Origin: a virus
Virus record (IMG/VR): IMGVR_UViG_3300021168_000013
Reading direction: 5' to 3' (one strand)
Length of the DNA: 64,000 nucleotides
Shown here: positions 9,002 through 21,200 of the stretch, in pieces
Numbering within the stretch: the stretch's first letter is position 1
Layout: each line of letters opens with the position of its first letter
Program-made: the position numbers and the translations under genes
Notes under the pieces: model-generated
Database searches by the model: none
Seen by the model: only the letters and a program-made list of their open reading frames with translations
Told to the model about the DNA's origin: nothing

Positions 9002-12000
9002 ATGATTAAATTAGAATCCGACATTACAAATTTTACAAATGTATTACACATTGGTGATATACATATAAGACTTGTTCAACGGCATCAGGAATATACCGAG
9101 GTATTTAATTCTCTTTACAATGCCATTGATAAAACTCCTGATACCACATTGGTATTAATAGCGGGAGATATTTTTCATAATAAATCCGATTTAAGTCCTG
9201 AATCAGTAAAACTTGCCACGGATTTTTTGAAGAATATCGCAGATCGGCGTCCAACCATATTAATAGCGGGAAATCATGATGCCACTCTAGCAAATAAAAA
9301 TCGATTGGATAGTTTGAGTCCAGTTATAGACGCGATACAACATAAGAACCTATTTTATTTAAAGGATAGCGATACATATATCATAGGCGATGTATTATTT
9401 AATAACTATTCAGTATTTACGGAATCGGATAAATATATAAAATACAAAGATATTCCAAGTATTTATAGAAACCAAGTAAATTACAATATTGCTCTATATC
9501 ATGGCCCTGTTAATAATGCTATAACAGATGTGGGATATGTTGTCAGTAACAGAACCATCATGGCCGAATTGTTTGATGGGCATCAAATGGTGATGCTAGG
9601 TGATATTCATAAACATCAGGTATTACAGGAATACGATGCCAATTTGGATAAACCAGCTATTGTCTATGTTGGAAGTTTAATCCAACAAGATCATGGCGAA
9701 CATTTGTCGGGTCACGGATTTGTTTATTGGGAGTTAAAATCCAAGAAATTTAAACATGTTGAGATTCCTAATGATTATGGGTTTTTTACGGTGGAAGTAA
9801 ACAAAGGACAACTTACCACTGATGTAAAATCTATACCAAAAAAAGCCAAACTTAGAATTAAGTGTATAGAAAGTATTCAAACCGAGATTAAGTCTATATT
9901 ATCCGATCTAAGAAAAGTATCAGAAATAACTGATGTGAGTTACGTTAGAGTAGAAGAGGGCGATGGTTCAAATAACATCATAAATGCAACTAATTTCAAT
10001 CTACAAAATGTTTCGGATGTTGATTACCAAAATAATCTAATCAAGGAATATCTTACTAATAAAAAAATCAGTATATCGGAGGATACATTAAAATGTATAT
10101 TCACCTTAAACAAGACTCTCAATGATGAATTGAAGAAGGAATATGTAGTCAGAAATATCAGGTGGAAACCTAAAATTTTTGAATTTGACAACATGTTCAG
10201 TTATGGGGAGGGAAATATTATAGATTTCTCAAAAATGAATGGAGTAATGGGATTATTCGCCAATAATGCTAGCGGTAAAAGCAGTATTCTATCGGCTTTA
10301 AGCTTTTGTTTATTTGATAAATGTGATAGAGCCTTTAAAGCCTCTCATATATTAAACAGTCAGAAAATGACATTTCGATGCAAATTCAACTTTGAAATCA
10401 ATGGGGTTGATTATTATATTGAGAGAAAGGCTAATTCCGATAAGAAAGGAAACGTCAAGGTTGATGTTAAATTTTGGAAAGTTGTTAGTGGAGCAGACGT
10501 TGAATTGAACGGAGAGGCAAGACGAAGTACCAATGATATTATCAGAGATTATATCGGAGAATATGAGGATTTTGTTTTAACTGTATTGTCTATCCAAAAT
10601 GGAAAAGACGGGAGTTTTGTTGATATGGGCCAAACAGAAAGAAAAGATTTGCTTGCCCAATTCATGGGACTTACTATTTTTGATAAACTTAGTAATCTCG
10701 TGGTAGAAAAATATAGAGAGAGTTCTATATTACTAAAAAATCTCAATCAGGAAGATTATACCATTAAATTGAATGATATTGAGAATAATATACTCACTAT
10801 TACAAAATCAATTCAAGATGAGACGGCTCAGGTTGACAAACTTCATCACGATAAAGATGAAAAGAGTAATGAACTTATTGAGTTGACTAAAAAATTAATC
10901 AATGTTGATTCAGATACGGAAGATATCACTATATTGGAAACTCAGAAGGTTGACATAACCAAGAATATCGAATCCATAACAATTCAGATTAATTCTCTTA
11001 AACAAGAGATACTGCGTAAAGAGGACGGTCTTAAATTGGAACAAAGTAAATTTGATGAATTTACCAAAAATAAAGTATCGCAAACATTTGAATCTTTCAA
11101 TCTTCAAAAGAAAGAATTGGTTAAATTAGAATCAACCATTGAGCGTAAGAGGGTCGAGATTAGAAATAAACTTGACAAACTAGCAAAGCTTGAGGAACAT
11201 AAGTACGATCCGAATTGTAATTTCTGTATAAACAACGTGTTTGTGAAAGACGCAATTAAAACCAAGGCAGAATTAGAGAAAGATAGACAGGATGTTATTC
11301 CTTTAATGGAATCATTTAAAAAACTCAAACAGGATGTTGCATCCCTTGAATGGGTTGTGGATACACATCACAGTTATAAATTTTGTCAAGAGTGTATTGG
11401 ATTAATAGGTATTGCTATTTCCACGGTCAGAAATGATCTATTGAAGTCCGAGAATAAGTTGGCGCAACTTACAGCTAAATTATTATCATTAAACACCAAG
11501 ATTGATTTATTCTATCAACAAAAAGAAACCATTGAGAATAACAAGGTAATAAACCAAGAAATTCGTGTGGTTAAAGACTCTGTTAAAAGATTGGATTCTG
11601 AATATAAATCTATAAATAAGCATCTTATTGACTTGACAAGTGACCTAAGATCATTTTCTAACGATAAAAGGCAGATCGAAATTAATATTTTGAAATTGAA
11701 AGAATTGGAGTCTCAAAACGATTGTTATAAGTACTACACTCAAGCCATTAGTCGAGATGGTATTCCATATGATTTGATAACTCAAACGTTGCCAGCCGTA
11801 GAAAAAGAAGTAAATGATATATTACATCAAATAGTTGAGTTTACGGTTGCTTTAAAGACAGATGGTAAAAACATAAGCACTTGGATTGTTTATAGTGATA
11901 AAACTTGGCCTTTGGAAATGTCAAGTGGAATGGAGAAATTCATAAGTTCTTTGGCTATAAGAGTGGCATTAATCAATATTAGTAATCTACCAAGACCCAA

Positions 12001-12196
12001 TTTTATTATTTTCGATGAAGGATGGGGTACATTAGACGCTGATCACATTTCCGAAGTAAAGCTGTTATTTGATTATCTTAAGACGAATTTTGATTTTATA
12101 TTGATTATATCACACATTGACTCAATCAAAGATTTGGTTGACAAATTGCTGGAAATCAGTAAAGACAAGGGATTTTCTCAAATTAAATATACTTAA
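9002..12196 (+). CDS. Fused Mre11/SbcD nuclease - Rad50/SbcC SMC ATPase (T4 gp47+gp46-like)
   Basis: Phosphoesterase motifs GDIH, GD, GNHD, GDIHKH; Walker A NASGKSS; coiled coil with CNFC zinc hook; signature SSGME; Walker B IIFDEG; ISH. Confidence 0.93.
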   Translation: MIKLESDITNFTNVLHIGDIHIRLVQRHQEYTEVFNSLYNAIDKTPDTTLVLIAGDIFHNKSDLSPESVKLATDFLKNIADRRPTILIAGNHDATLANKNRLDSLSPVIDAIQHKNLFYLKDSDTYIIGDVLFNNYSVFTESDKYIKYKDIPSIYRNQVNYNIALYHGPVNNAITDVGYVVSNRTIMAELFDGHQMVMLGDIHKHQVLQEYDANLDKPAIVYVGSLIQQDHGEHLSGHGFVYWELKSKKFKHVEIPNDYGFFTVEVNKGQLTTDVKSIPKKAKLRIKCIESIQTEIKSILSDLRKVSEITDVSYVRVEEGDGSNNIINATNFNLQNVSDVDYQNNLIKEYLTNKKISISEDTLKCIFTLNKTLNDELKKEYVVRNIRWKPKIFEFDNMFSYGEGNIIDFSKMNGVMGLFANNASGKSSILSALSFCLFDKCDRAFKASHILNSQKMTFRCKFNFEINGVDYYIERKANSDKKGNVKVDVKFWKVVSGADVELNGEARRSTNDIIRDYIGEYEDFVLTVLSIQNGKDGSFVDMGQTERKDLLAQFMGLTIFDKLSNLVVEKYRESSILLKNLNQEDYTIKLNDIENNILTITKSIQDETAQVDKLHHDKDEKSNELIELTKKLINVDSDTEDITILETQKVDITKNIESITIQINSLKQEILRKEDGLKLEQSKFDEFTKNKVSQTFESFNLQKKELVKLESTIERKRVEIRNKLDKLAKLEEHKYDPNCNFCINNVFVKDAIKTKAELEKDRQDVIPLMESFKKLKQDVASLEWVVDTHHSYKFCQECIGLIGIAISTVRNDLLKSENKLAQLTAKLLSLNTKIDLFYQQKETIENNKVINQEIRVVKDSVKRLDSEYKSINKHLIDLTSDLRSFSNDKRQIEINILKLKELESQNDCYKYYTQAISRDGIPYDLITQTLPAVEKEVNDILHQIVEFTVALKTDGKNISTWIVYSDKTWPLEMSSGMEKFISSLAIRVALINISNLPRPNFIIFDEGWGTLDADHISEVKLLFDYLKTNFDFILIISHIDSIKDLVDKLLEISKDKGFSQIKYT

Positions 12197-12213
12197 TATC
12201 CATTAGCTATATA

Positions 12214-12221
12214 TATTTATA
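12214..12221 (+). promoter_or_regulatory. Candidate late promoter TATTTATA
   Basis: 23 nt before ATG 12237. Confidence 0.55.
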
Positions 12222-12236
12222 TGGAACACAACATAT

Positions 12237-14837
12237 ATGGCTACGATTTTGACTGGAACCAACTTAGGATTAAATAACATAACAGTTGGTATTGAGGATA
12301 CGGCTTATTTATCGGAATATTTCAATATTACCGAATTTAATCCCGTATTCGGTGCTGGAAAAAATCTATTGATCGTAAATACCACCTCGTTACTATCAAC
12401 TTCTCCAAATATACATGTTCAAGCAAGTGATAGTGCTGGAAATTTCCTATACGTTGAGTCGGCCATCATTCAAAATACAGTATCCGATCAACAGGCTTAT
12501 TATTATTCATTTCATGTATATGATAACTTAGTGTCGGGTCCCGGAAAATTGACCATAGTTGGTAAAACTATTAGCGGAACCGTAGTAAGATGGACATCAA
12601 ACATAGTGATATCCACAACCACAGAAACAAAATCAAAAGTTGTATTCTATAATAAACCTCAGTTATTAGTATATCCTTTAATAACTAATGTGTTGAGTGG
12701 ATTCACAGATATTAATCCAACAGTTCTATCAGGCAGTTTTTATTCTATGGCGGTGAATCCACCAAAAGATTTTGATATAACCAATAATTATGATAAGACT
12801 TTGTTGGATTATAGAATAATTGATCCAAGTGCCAGTTTTTCTATCGGTCAATTGAATTTCCCAATTACATTGAACGTGTCTTCAGTAAAGATGTATAACA
12901 CATCAATAACGCAATCAGTATCTAATACATCATCTCTTTTAATAAGTAATATCTTAAATAAACACACACTTCAATTGGCCGATCCATATGTGTATCAAGG
13001 TAATAAAATTGCTGAAATTTCTTCAGGAACATATCAATGTTCTTTTAATAATATAAATTATGATTCATCATCATTTCTAACATCAAGTTATGCCACGCAA
13101 TCTATTGATTTTGCTGGAGATTATCGTTTTGTAAAGAACTCATATGCACTGATTGGGTATACTAATTTAGATACATTTTCAGGTAAAATAAATAGACATA
13201 AACTATACAAGCAAGATTTATCTACGGCCGGAGGATATCAATTGGTTACAGATGAATCTTTCAATAATTATGAGTTATTGGTTGATATAACCACACCAAA
13301 TAAAACGTTTGAAAATTTGGGAACATTTTATTCACAATTTCATATAGACAATTTCTGGTTTACTAGCTCAAACTCCTTTAATTTATATAATGATAATACC
13401 AATTTTATTAATGGTATGATTATATCAGGTAGCGTAAACAATAATTACATCATAGCAAAACCAAATTCATCATATACCAACAGAAATGCTGGATATATAC
13501 CATATGATTCAATTCAGAATTTTAATTTTCAAGGTTCCGCATTCGATTCTAATTATTTACACTTTTATCCCAATAGTTCGTATACCCTAGGTTTAAACGC
13601 GGCATTCTTAAACAAAGCATTGACTAATTCCGCTTCTTTGGATTTTTATATAACAAGTAGTTCGCCATTTATACAAAACGAAGTTGGTTATACAGCATCA
13701 TTGGGAGTTAAGGTGGGATCATTATCGTTCTCAGACTATTCAACGTCAACGATATACGATTCATTGCAAACATTTGATTTTAGTTTCTTAAATGAGACTT
13801 TTGGGGCATTGGTTATTCGCACCAACAATTTCAATTCAGCGGAGATAGCAAATTTATCAATATCTCCAACTAACACATTTGGGTTTTCAAAGGACGTGTA
13901 TTTCTCTAAATACCCATTTGATGTGACTAAGCCAAATGATATATTTAGTATAGATGCTGAATTATATGATAATGACAGTATTCTGGCATATAATGATTTA
14001 TACACCGTTCAGTATTTTGATCCATCTGGAAGCACTACTCCAATATCCATATCATCATTAGGTAACACAATTACAGCCACAACCCTAAGTGCATCATCAT
14101 TAATTGTGAATGGCACGTCGTTTTTGAATGGTAACGTCGGTGGCATTAATGTTTTAAGTGCTGCCCAAATAACAGGTAGCTTGGATGGAACGGCAACCAA
14201 CGCGATATCATCAAGTTATGCATTTTTCTCAACTTTCGCACTTTCCTCGGTATTTGCTGTTACAGCTAGCTATATTAGTGGATCAATTAGCAACGCCTTA
14301 TCAAGTTCATATGCGTTATCAGCAAGTTATGCATCAAATGGTGGTTCTGTTGGATTAACCACTGGATCGACATACCCAATAACATCATCTTGGAGTAATA
14401 ACAGTTCAACCGCTTCATATTTACTGGGATCAGTTACGAGTGCTTCGTATGCACAAACCGCATCTTATATATTAAATGCTATAAGTTCATCATATGCCTT
14501 AAATTCAAATTCATCAAGTTATGCATTAAATGGAAGCATTTCAAATAACGTACTGGTATCATCAACTCAAAGTATAGTGGTTCAATCACCTACCCAATCG
14601 TATAATTCCGCATTTTTTGATTATGTTGCCTTTAGTGCAAGTAATATGAGAGCGGGAACGGTAAAGTCATGTTTTTTAGGAAACGCTATAACATTTAATG
14701 AATTTACAACTACTGATATTGGGTCAACTTCACAAGTAACAATGTCCGTAGCAATTTCATCTTCATATGTTCAATTGGTTTCAACTGTGCCGATAAATCA
14801 AACATGGGATATCAAAACTTTGTCCAGATATATATAA
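12237..14837 (+). CDS. Virion structural (baseplate/fibre-associated) protein with C-terminal S-A-S-Y-A repeats
   Basis: S/T/N-rich; repeats SSSYA/TASYA; segment LTTGSTYPITSSWSNNS shared with 37558..41967. Confidence 0.65.
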   Translation: MATILTGTNLGLNNITVGIEDTAYLSEYFNITEFNPVFGAGKNLLIVNTTSLLSTSPNIHVQASDSAGNFLYVESAIIQNTVSDQQAYYYSFHVYDNLVSGPGKLTIVGKTISGTVVRWTSNIVISTTTETKSKVVFYNKPQLLVYPLITNVLSGFTDINPTVLSGSFYSMAVNPPKDFDITNNYDKTLLDYRIIDPSASFSIGQLNFPITLNVSSVKMYNTSITQSVSNTSSLLISNILNKHTLQLADPYVYQGNKIAEISSGTYQCSFNNINYDSSSFLTSSYATQSIDFAGDYRFVKNSYALIGYTNLDTFSGKINRHKLYKQDLSTAGGYQLVTDESFNNYELLVDITTPNKTFENLGTFYSQFHIDNFWFTSSNSFNLYNDNTNFINGMIISGSVNNNYIIAKPNSSYTNRNAGYIPYDSIQNFNFQGSAFDSNYLHFYPNSSYTLGLNAAFLNKALTNSASLDFYITSSSPFIQNEVGYTASLGVKVGSLSFSDYSTSTIYDSLQTFDFSFLNETFGALVIRTNNFNSAEIANLSISPTNTFGFSKDVYFSKYPFDVTKPNDIFSIDAELYDNDSILAYNDLYTVQYFDPSGSTTPISISSLGNTITATTLSASSLIVNGTSFLNGNVGGINVLSAAQITGSLDGTATNAISSSYAFFSTFALSSVFAVTASYISGSISNALSSSYALSASYASNGGSVGLTTGSTYPITSSWSNNSSTASYLLGSVTSASYAQTASYILNAISSSYALNSNSSSYALNGSISNNVLVSSTQSIVVQSPTQSYNSAFFDYVAFSASNMRAGTVKSCFLGNAITFNEFTTTDIGSTSQVTMSVAISSSYVQLVSTVPINQTWDIKTLSRYI

Positions 14838-14876
14838 AAATTTCCATAAATATAACATCTTTGAGTTTTTGGATTA

Positions 14877-14884
14877 TATTTATA
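14877..14884 (+). promoter_or_regulatory. Candidate late promoter TATTTATA
   Basis: 52 nt before the sheath ATG; AAAGGA RBS in the leader. Confidence 0.55.
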
Positions 14885-14928
14885 TTTAGATTTTTATATC
14901 TAGTTTAATTTTGAAAGGAATATAATAT

Positions 14929-17900
14929 ATGCCAATAACCGAAGGTGGAACATTTACACCAGACAGAAGAATCGTTAGTCCGGGTGTTTTTACCAGAGAG
15001 AACGATTTAACAGGAATTACACAAGGAATATCGGACATAGGTGCCGTTGTCGTTGCTCCGTTTGCCAAGGGTCCCGGATTCAGTCCAACATTGATTACAA
15101 GTACCAATGATTTACAGCAGATATTTGGTGTACCTGATGGAACTTATTATGGTCCATATACAGCTAATGAATATTTGACACAAAAGGGGTTTGTAACAGT
15201 ATGTCGTGTTGGTGGATTAACTGGCTACAATCAAGCACATCCATTGGTTGTGTATGCTCAAGCTGGTAGATGGGAAAGAAATTATGATATTGGTTCCTTG
15301 AATGGCAATTTATCATTTATTACACCAAATGGAGCATTTGCTACGGGATATTCAGGTAGCTTGACATTGGTTACTTCTAGCCTATCAAACGGTTGGTATA
15401 CTGGTTCGTTATATTTCAGTTCGCCTACTTTCGCCGTGACGTTCCAATCAATTTCAGGAACAGCAACGGCAAGTGTAAGTCCATTATCATCTAGTTTCGG
15501 AAGTTTGCTTTTCAATGGACAATCAACTCAATTTGTCACTACTACAAATTATACCGCAAGCGTGTTTTTCACTGGTTCTGGTTTAACAACTGCTTCATGG
15601 CCATTGACTGGATCAGCACTAACTTCGTTTTTGGCATCGAGTGGTGCTCAATTGACTGGAAGTTTGGCTGGTGCAACAAATTTAGCTCCATATGGCAATG
15701 ATCCATTTGATGGTAAAAGTGATCCAAACTCTCCAAATGGGCCAATTAGTTTAACTACGGCATCATTTACATTGAATAATAATGCGGGTTGTTCTAATCC
15801 AACATTTAACCTTACTGGTTATTTAAGTGGGTCATTTGGTCAATACAATGGAACATTCCGTAATAACTCAGTGGCTCCATATTTGAATAATTGCGGAGTA
15901 TTGGTAACTGGCAGTGGTTCTAACGTTCTTTTGGCTGTTCTTAATGATACCTTGGCTGGAGGAATTAATACATCAACATTGACGGCTCCGGGATTCAGTG
16001 GATCATATGTATTGACAAGCAGTATATTGAACAGTAACTCCTCTAGTATAACTCAAGAATATTCCTTGGTATTATCATCAAGTAACGGATTCGGTTGGGG
16101 AATTTATAATTTCAATATAAGTGCTGCCAACAACGATTATATTCTTAACTCCTTTGGTAATGTTCCTACTGTTGGAAATCCCGCAACACAAGTTTCTGGT
16201 CAAAAGATTCCAGCGGCATATCTATATTCTACATTCCCTGATAGTATGGCACAAATTGTTGCTTCTCCGGATGATTGGATTATACAAGTGGCGGCACCAC
16301 TTCAATTTGGAACTCCATTCAGTGGTTCAGTTCAAGCATTGACCTTCACAGATCAATATTCGTTTAATCCAACAGCCGGAGATAGTGTATTCTCATTGAC
16401 CAACGCAACTACTCCATGGGTATCATCCCAAGCCGTAGCTGGTGTCAATGGAAATAAATACCGTTATCAATTATTCCAGATTGCGACTATTGGAGATGGA
16501 ACATACAATAATACTCAATACAAAATTGAGATAAGTAATGTTAAATTGGCAGGAACCGTTCCCGGATCGAATTGGGGAACGTTTACACTAAGTGTAAGAG
16601 CGTTCGGTGATACAGAAAACCGTCCACAATATATCGAGTCTTATACCAATTTAACTCTTGATCCTACGTCTGATAATTTCGTTGCTAGAGCAATTGGTGA
16701 TCAATACAGCTTTATCACCGCTGGCGGAAAAGTAATTGAATATGGATTGTTCAGAAATGTTAGTAGTGTTATTCGTGTTATAATGAGCACAAATAACTAT
16801 CCAGTAAGTGCGGTTCCTTTTGGATTTGCAGCATATCAAGTTCCGTTTGGTGGTTTGGTTGCTGACAACATGACTCCTGTAATGTTGTACTCAAAGGCTT
16901 CTACATCAACTAACACTCCGGGAAAATTTGCTTCGGGAATTGTGTTGGCACAAACGTTGACTTCTGATCCAGAAATTTCTGGATTGTATCCAACTAGTTC
17001 CGCTGGAACATTTATATATAATGATAATTTGGCATATTTTGCTCCATTACCAGCTAATACCACAATTGGCAATAATATTGGTTTCTATCTTGATACCGAT
17101 TATACAGCTAGCGGAGTTGGTGTTTCTGCATATATTAGTTCTTCAACAGGAGCTATTAATGCAATTCCGGCAACTATCACATCAAACGAATCTACATATG
17201 CTAAAATGCGTAAGTTTGTATTTGGATTCCAAGGTGGATTTGACGGTCAGTCGCCAGCCACCGTAATAAACACTGGTGTAAATATAACAGCAGGTAATAC
17301 ACAGGGACTTAACTGTGCCACAATTTCAAATGCTGGAAGTGTTGGATACAATCAATGTATCGGTGCTTTGAGTAATTCCGATGTATTCGATATTAACATG
17401 ATTGTTACTCCGGGCATATTTTACAGTTTACATTCTTATGTTGCACAAACAGTGATTGATATGTGCACAAACCGTGGGGACTGTTTCTATATAATGGATA
17501 ATACTATCCCACCAGCAATAACTCCGGTTGCAAGTCAGGTTGATGGAGTTGTTAATAGTGTGTCAACAATTGATAGCAATTACGTCGCAACATATTACCC
17601 ATGGGTGACTATATTGGATACAAACATCAATCAAATTGTGAGTGTGCCACCATCCGTTGTTCTTCCAGCAGTATATGCTGCTAGTGATAATGCTTCGGCT
17701 GAATGGTTTGCTCCAGCGGGATTAAACCGTGGTGGTATTCCACAAGCAACCGGTGTATTGGATAGATTAACTCACGGTGAAAGAGACACTCTATACATTG
17801 GACGCATCAATCCAATCGCGACATTTGCTGGAACAGGAATCGCGGTCTGGGGTCAAAAAACCCTTCAAGTAGCTGATAGTGCTCTTAACAGAGTAAGTGT

Positions 17901-18204
17901 TCGTAGATTATTGATAAACTTGAAGAAGTTTATTGCGAGTACCAGTCAATATTTGGTATTCGAACAGAATACATCTACAACCCAAAACAGATTCTTGAGT
18001 GTGGTCAATCCATACCTTGAGAGTGTTCAACAGAGAAGTGGTTTATATGCATTCAAAGTAGTGTGTGCTGGAAGCAATAATACACCAGATGTTGTTGATG
18101 AAAACATACTCTACGGACAAATTTACATACAACCTACCAAGACGGCTGAATATATCGTCATTGACTTTAATATATTACCGACTGGAGCAAGTTTTTCTAG
18201 CTAA
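14929..18204 (+). CDS. gp18: Tail sheath protein (T4 gp18-like) with large inserted domains
   Basis: SPGVFTREND...GAVVVAPFAKGP N-terminus; WFAPAG.NRG, RINPI, VWGQKT, RVSVRRLL, FEQN, PTKTAEYI C-terminal core. Confidence 0.95.
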   Translation: MPITEGGTFTPDRRIVSPGVFTRENDLTGITQGISDIGAVVVAPFAKGPGFSPTLITSTNDLQQIFGVPDGTYYGPYTANEYLTQKGFVTVCRVGGLTGYNQAHPLVVYAQAGRWERNYDIGSLNGNLSFITPNGAFATGYSGSLTLVTSSLSNGWYTGSLYFSSPTFAVTFQSISGTATASVSPLSSSFGSLLFNGQSTQFVTTTNYTASVFFTGSGLTTASWPLTGSALTSFLASSGAQLTGSLAGATNLAPYGNDPFDGKSDPNSPNGPISLTTASFTLNNNAGCSNPTFNLTGYLSGSFGQYNGTFRNNSVAPYLNNCGVLVTGSGSNVLLAVLNDTLAGGINTSTLTAPGFSGSYVLTSSILNSNSSSITQEYSLVLSSSNGFGWGIYNFNISAANNDYILNSFGNVPTVGNPATQVSGQKIPAAYLYSTFPDSMAQIVASPDDWIIQVAAPLQFGTPFSGSVQALTFTDQYSFNPTAGDSVFSLTNATTPWVSSQAVAGVNGNKYRYQLFQIATIGDGTYNNTQYKIEISNVKLAGTVPGSNWGTFTLSVRAFGDTENRPQYIESYTNLTLDPTSDNFVARAIGDQYSFITAGGKVIEYGLFRNVSSVIRVIMSTNNYPVSAVPFGFAAYQVPFGGLVADNMTPVMLYSKASTSTNTPGKFASGIVLAQTLTSDPEISGLYPTSSAGTFIYNDNLAYFAPLPANTTIGNNIGFYLDTDYTASGVGVSAYISSSTGAINAIPATITSNESTYAKMRKFVFGFQGGFDGQSPATVINTGVNITAGNTQGLNCATISNAGSVGYNQCIGALSNSDVFDINMIVTPGIFYSLHSYVAQTVIDMCTNRGDCFYIMDNTIPPAITPVASQVDGVVNSVSTIDSNYVATYYPWVTILDTNINQIVSVPPSVVLPAVYAASDNASAEWFAPAGLNRGGIPQATGVLDRLTHGERDTLYIGRINPIATFAGTGIAVWGQKTLQVADSALNRVSVRRLLINLKKFIASTSQYLVFEQNTSTTQNRFLSVVNPYLESVQQRSGLYAFKVVCAGSNNTPDVVDENILYGQIYIQPTKTAEYIVIDFNILPTGASFSS

Positions 18205-18230
18205 GTAAGTTAGGATATAAAAATCAAAAG

Positions 18231-18259
18231 AACCCGTGATGTCAAAATCACGGGTTTTT
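18231..18259 (+). terminator. Intrinsic terminator after the sheath gene
   Basis: 10-bp stem AACCCGTGAT/ATCACGGGTT, loop GTCAAA, T-run. Confidence 0.9.
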
Positions 18260-18274
18260 CATTTAAATGTTACA

Positions 18275-18281
18275 TATTTAT
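18275..18281 (+). promoter_or_regulatory. Candidate late promoter TATTTAT
   Basis: 12 nt before ATG 18287, just downstream of the terminator. Confidence 0.6.
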
Positions 18282-18286
18282 GTATA

Positions 18287-21200
18287 ATGAATAGTTTATC
18301 CAAATACCTTGTGGACTCATTAAGACCCAGTGTTTCTCATAGTTTATATAAAATGTATGAGTTCAAAGGCGCACTAAATGAAGATGCTAGAATTCAACAT
18401 GCTGAAGATGTTATATTTTGGGAAGGTTCGGTTGGGGCAAAAAGAGTATTACAAAGCTTCTTGGAGATTCAAAAACAAGGATATAAAAACATCACTATAA
18501 AATGGGATGGGTCACCAGCAATTGTATTCGGGAGAAACCCTTCTGGACAATTTGTATTAACTGATAAAAATGGTTTTTTTGCCAAAGGCTATAACGGAAA
18601 AGCTACGTCAGGAGATGAACTTGAGAAGATGTTTTTAGCAAGAGGTGGTGGTGGAGAAAAGAGCGAAGAATTTAAAGCATTTGCTGGACAAATGAAGTCG
18701 ATATTTAGTATATTTGAGAGTGCTATTCCAGTCAATTTTCGTGGATATTTTAAGGGAGATTTATTATACTCAAAGACTCCTCCAATAAAAGACGGTAACT
18801 ATGTTTTCAAACCAAATATTGTCACATATTATGTGGATATAAATTCGGAATTAGGAAAGAAAATATCACACAGTGTATCAGCAGTAGTTATTCATAGATT
18901 CATGGATGAAACTGGAAAGGAAACTGCCATAACAGATTTCAGTATTTTTCAAGGAGAAAAATTATTAGTTATTCCTCCTATAACTATTCAGAAAGCACCT
19001 AAAGTAGATAACAATAAAATAAAAGAGACATTGTCAGATATCGCTAAATACGGAAAAGCTATTGACAAAATGTTAGATGAGAAAACTTTAATTTCACTGA
19101 AATTGGTTGATTTCCCTGATACGTTGTATAGATACATAAATTCCAAAGTTGATACTGGGTTGACTAATTTAGGTAAAGATTTTGAGGCGTGGGTGGTTAC
19201 TGGGTCTAAGTTAACCGAAGTAAAAAGAAAAAGAATGTTGGAATACATCAAGGCCAATCAATCAGCATTTGATGGACTGTGGTTAATTGTTGGTAATATA
19301 ATGAGTATCAAAGATTCTGTGGTAAATGATATCGACCAACAGAGTTTACCTATCAAAGCCTTTATTGGTAATGTTCCTAGTGGAGAGGGTTATGTATTAT
19401 CCCATCCAAAGGGTGATATAAAATTTGTGTCTAGACCGATTTTTACTGCGGCCAACCGAGCAGTTCAACGGGAAACTATCGCAAATTATGATTTTGATAT
19501 ACCCGATTATCAACGGGAATTAAAAGAAGGCGGCTTTTTAAAACCTGAATTAACTGCTAAAACCAAAATAACACCACAAGTAGTTAATGCTGTGTTCGAT
19601 AATGCTAAGAAGTTTCTCAGGGAGTTTAATGAATATCTTAAAGCCAAAGGCCATTCCATGATAATGGATATTAAGATATTGGGTTCGGCCAGATATTTCC
19701 AACAAGATTTACAAACAAACCCAAATGAACAATATGGTGATATAGATATAATGTTCGTTTTGCCGGAAGCTGATAGTGATGAAAATGAGGCAAAAGTCAA
19801 GACTCTATATTCCAAATTAATAGTTGATTTCGTTAAGACATCCAATCAAAATTACATTGATAAAGAAAGTGCGGAAAGAAGTGGTGGCACTCAATTAGTA
19901 GTTAAGATAGATGATAAAGAATGGGTTCAATTTGATTTGCTATTCACGTTTAAAAAGTATGGAGATTGGTTTTCCACTAGATTCAGTCCACAAAGAGGAG
20001 TTAAAGGATTTGTGACTGGTAAATTATATTCGGCATTGGCAGAGACTTTAAATATTAGAATAGGAGATAGAGGAGTTCGTGCTAAGTTACAGAATGGGCA
20101 AATTACAAATCCTTTATTGAGGAAAGGTGTAATAGACAAATTAATATCAACTAGTCCTACAGATTTCTTGTTTGAGTTATTTCATTTCCTAACCGAATTA
20201 TTTGATATAAAGTACACCAGTGATCAAATTGATTCCCGATTGAATTCCCATAAAGGGTTGAATCCTGAAAATATTCAATTTACTGATTTGGCGGAAGGTA
20301 TAGCGGGACTTGTTCAGAGTTTAGATAATGTTGGGGTATTGCGTAAAATGAATACATCTCATGCTGCATTTATAGATTCTATAAAAACTAAATATGAAGA
20401 GAAAATTGCTGAAGATATCGCTTTTAAATCAAAAAAGGCCACGGATGTCGATACTCAACATAGATTGATTAAAATAAAAAGGGATGCGGAAACTGGTAAA
20501 GAATTGGTTAATAGACTGATTAGAGAGTTTACCGAGCAATTTAATGAGTATATCAACGAGAGCGGGAATGCTGTAGCCACGAATTCAAAGGTTCCTAGAC
20601 AATATCTGGAGTCTACAGTATCTAATGGATTAAATATGTATAAACTAGGTACATTAAAATATGAAATCGTAGGCAATAAACAGAAGGAATACCTAGGTGA
20701 CATAGATGTGGCTACTTCCGTAATTGGTTTAGAAAAGATATTGGGTGTTTCTTATGAAGCAGATAAGAAGGAATTCTATAAAAAGTTAGATGATTATATA
20801 AAAAGCAAGGTTCCTAGTAATGTTCCTCAACCAGCTTACAAAGTTATGGCTGGATTGGATCAATTAAGTATAAATGTTCCAATAGTTGATTCAACTGGTA
20901 AAATAATGAAATCAACTGAAACCAATGAAGAAGAGGGGTATGCTCAATTAGATTTAATGATTGGTGATGTGGATTTCATGAATAAAGCTTTAAGTGGTGC
21001 TCCTGATAGCAAATACAAAGCCGCTCTTAGAAATTTGTTACTGATGTCTATAACAAGATATAGTTATGCTCCTACAGCCGTTCCTAATATAAAAACTCGT
21101 TATCAATTTAATTGGAAAAAGGGGATGCAAAAGTTGGATGTTATTACAAATGATAAAGGAAAAGAAGAAAAGCATAATATAAAAACAGTTACTAATAATA

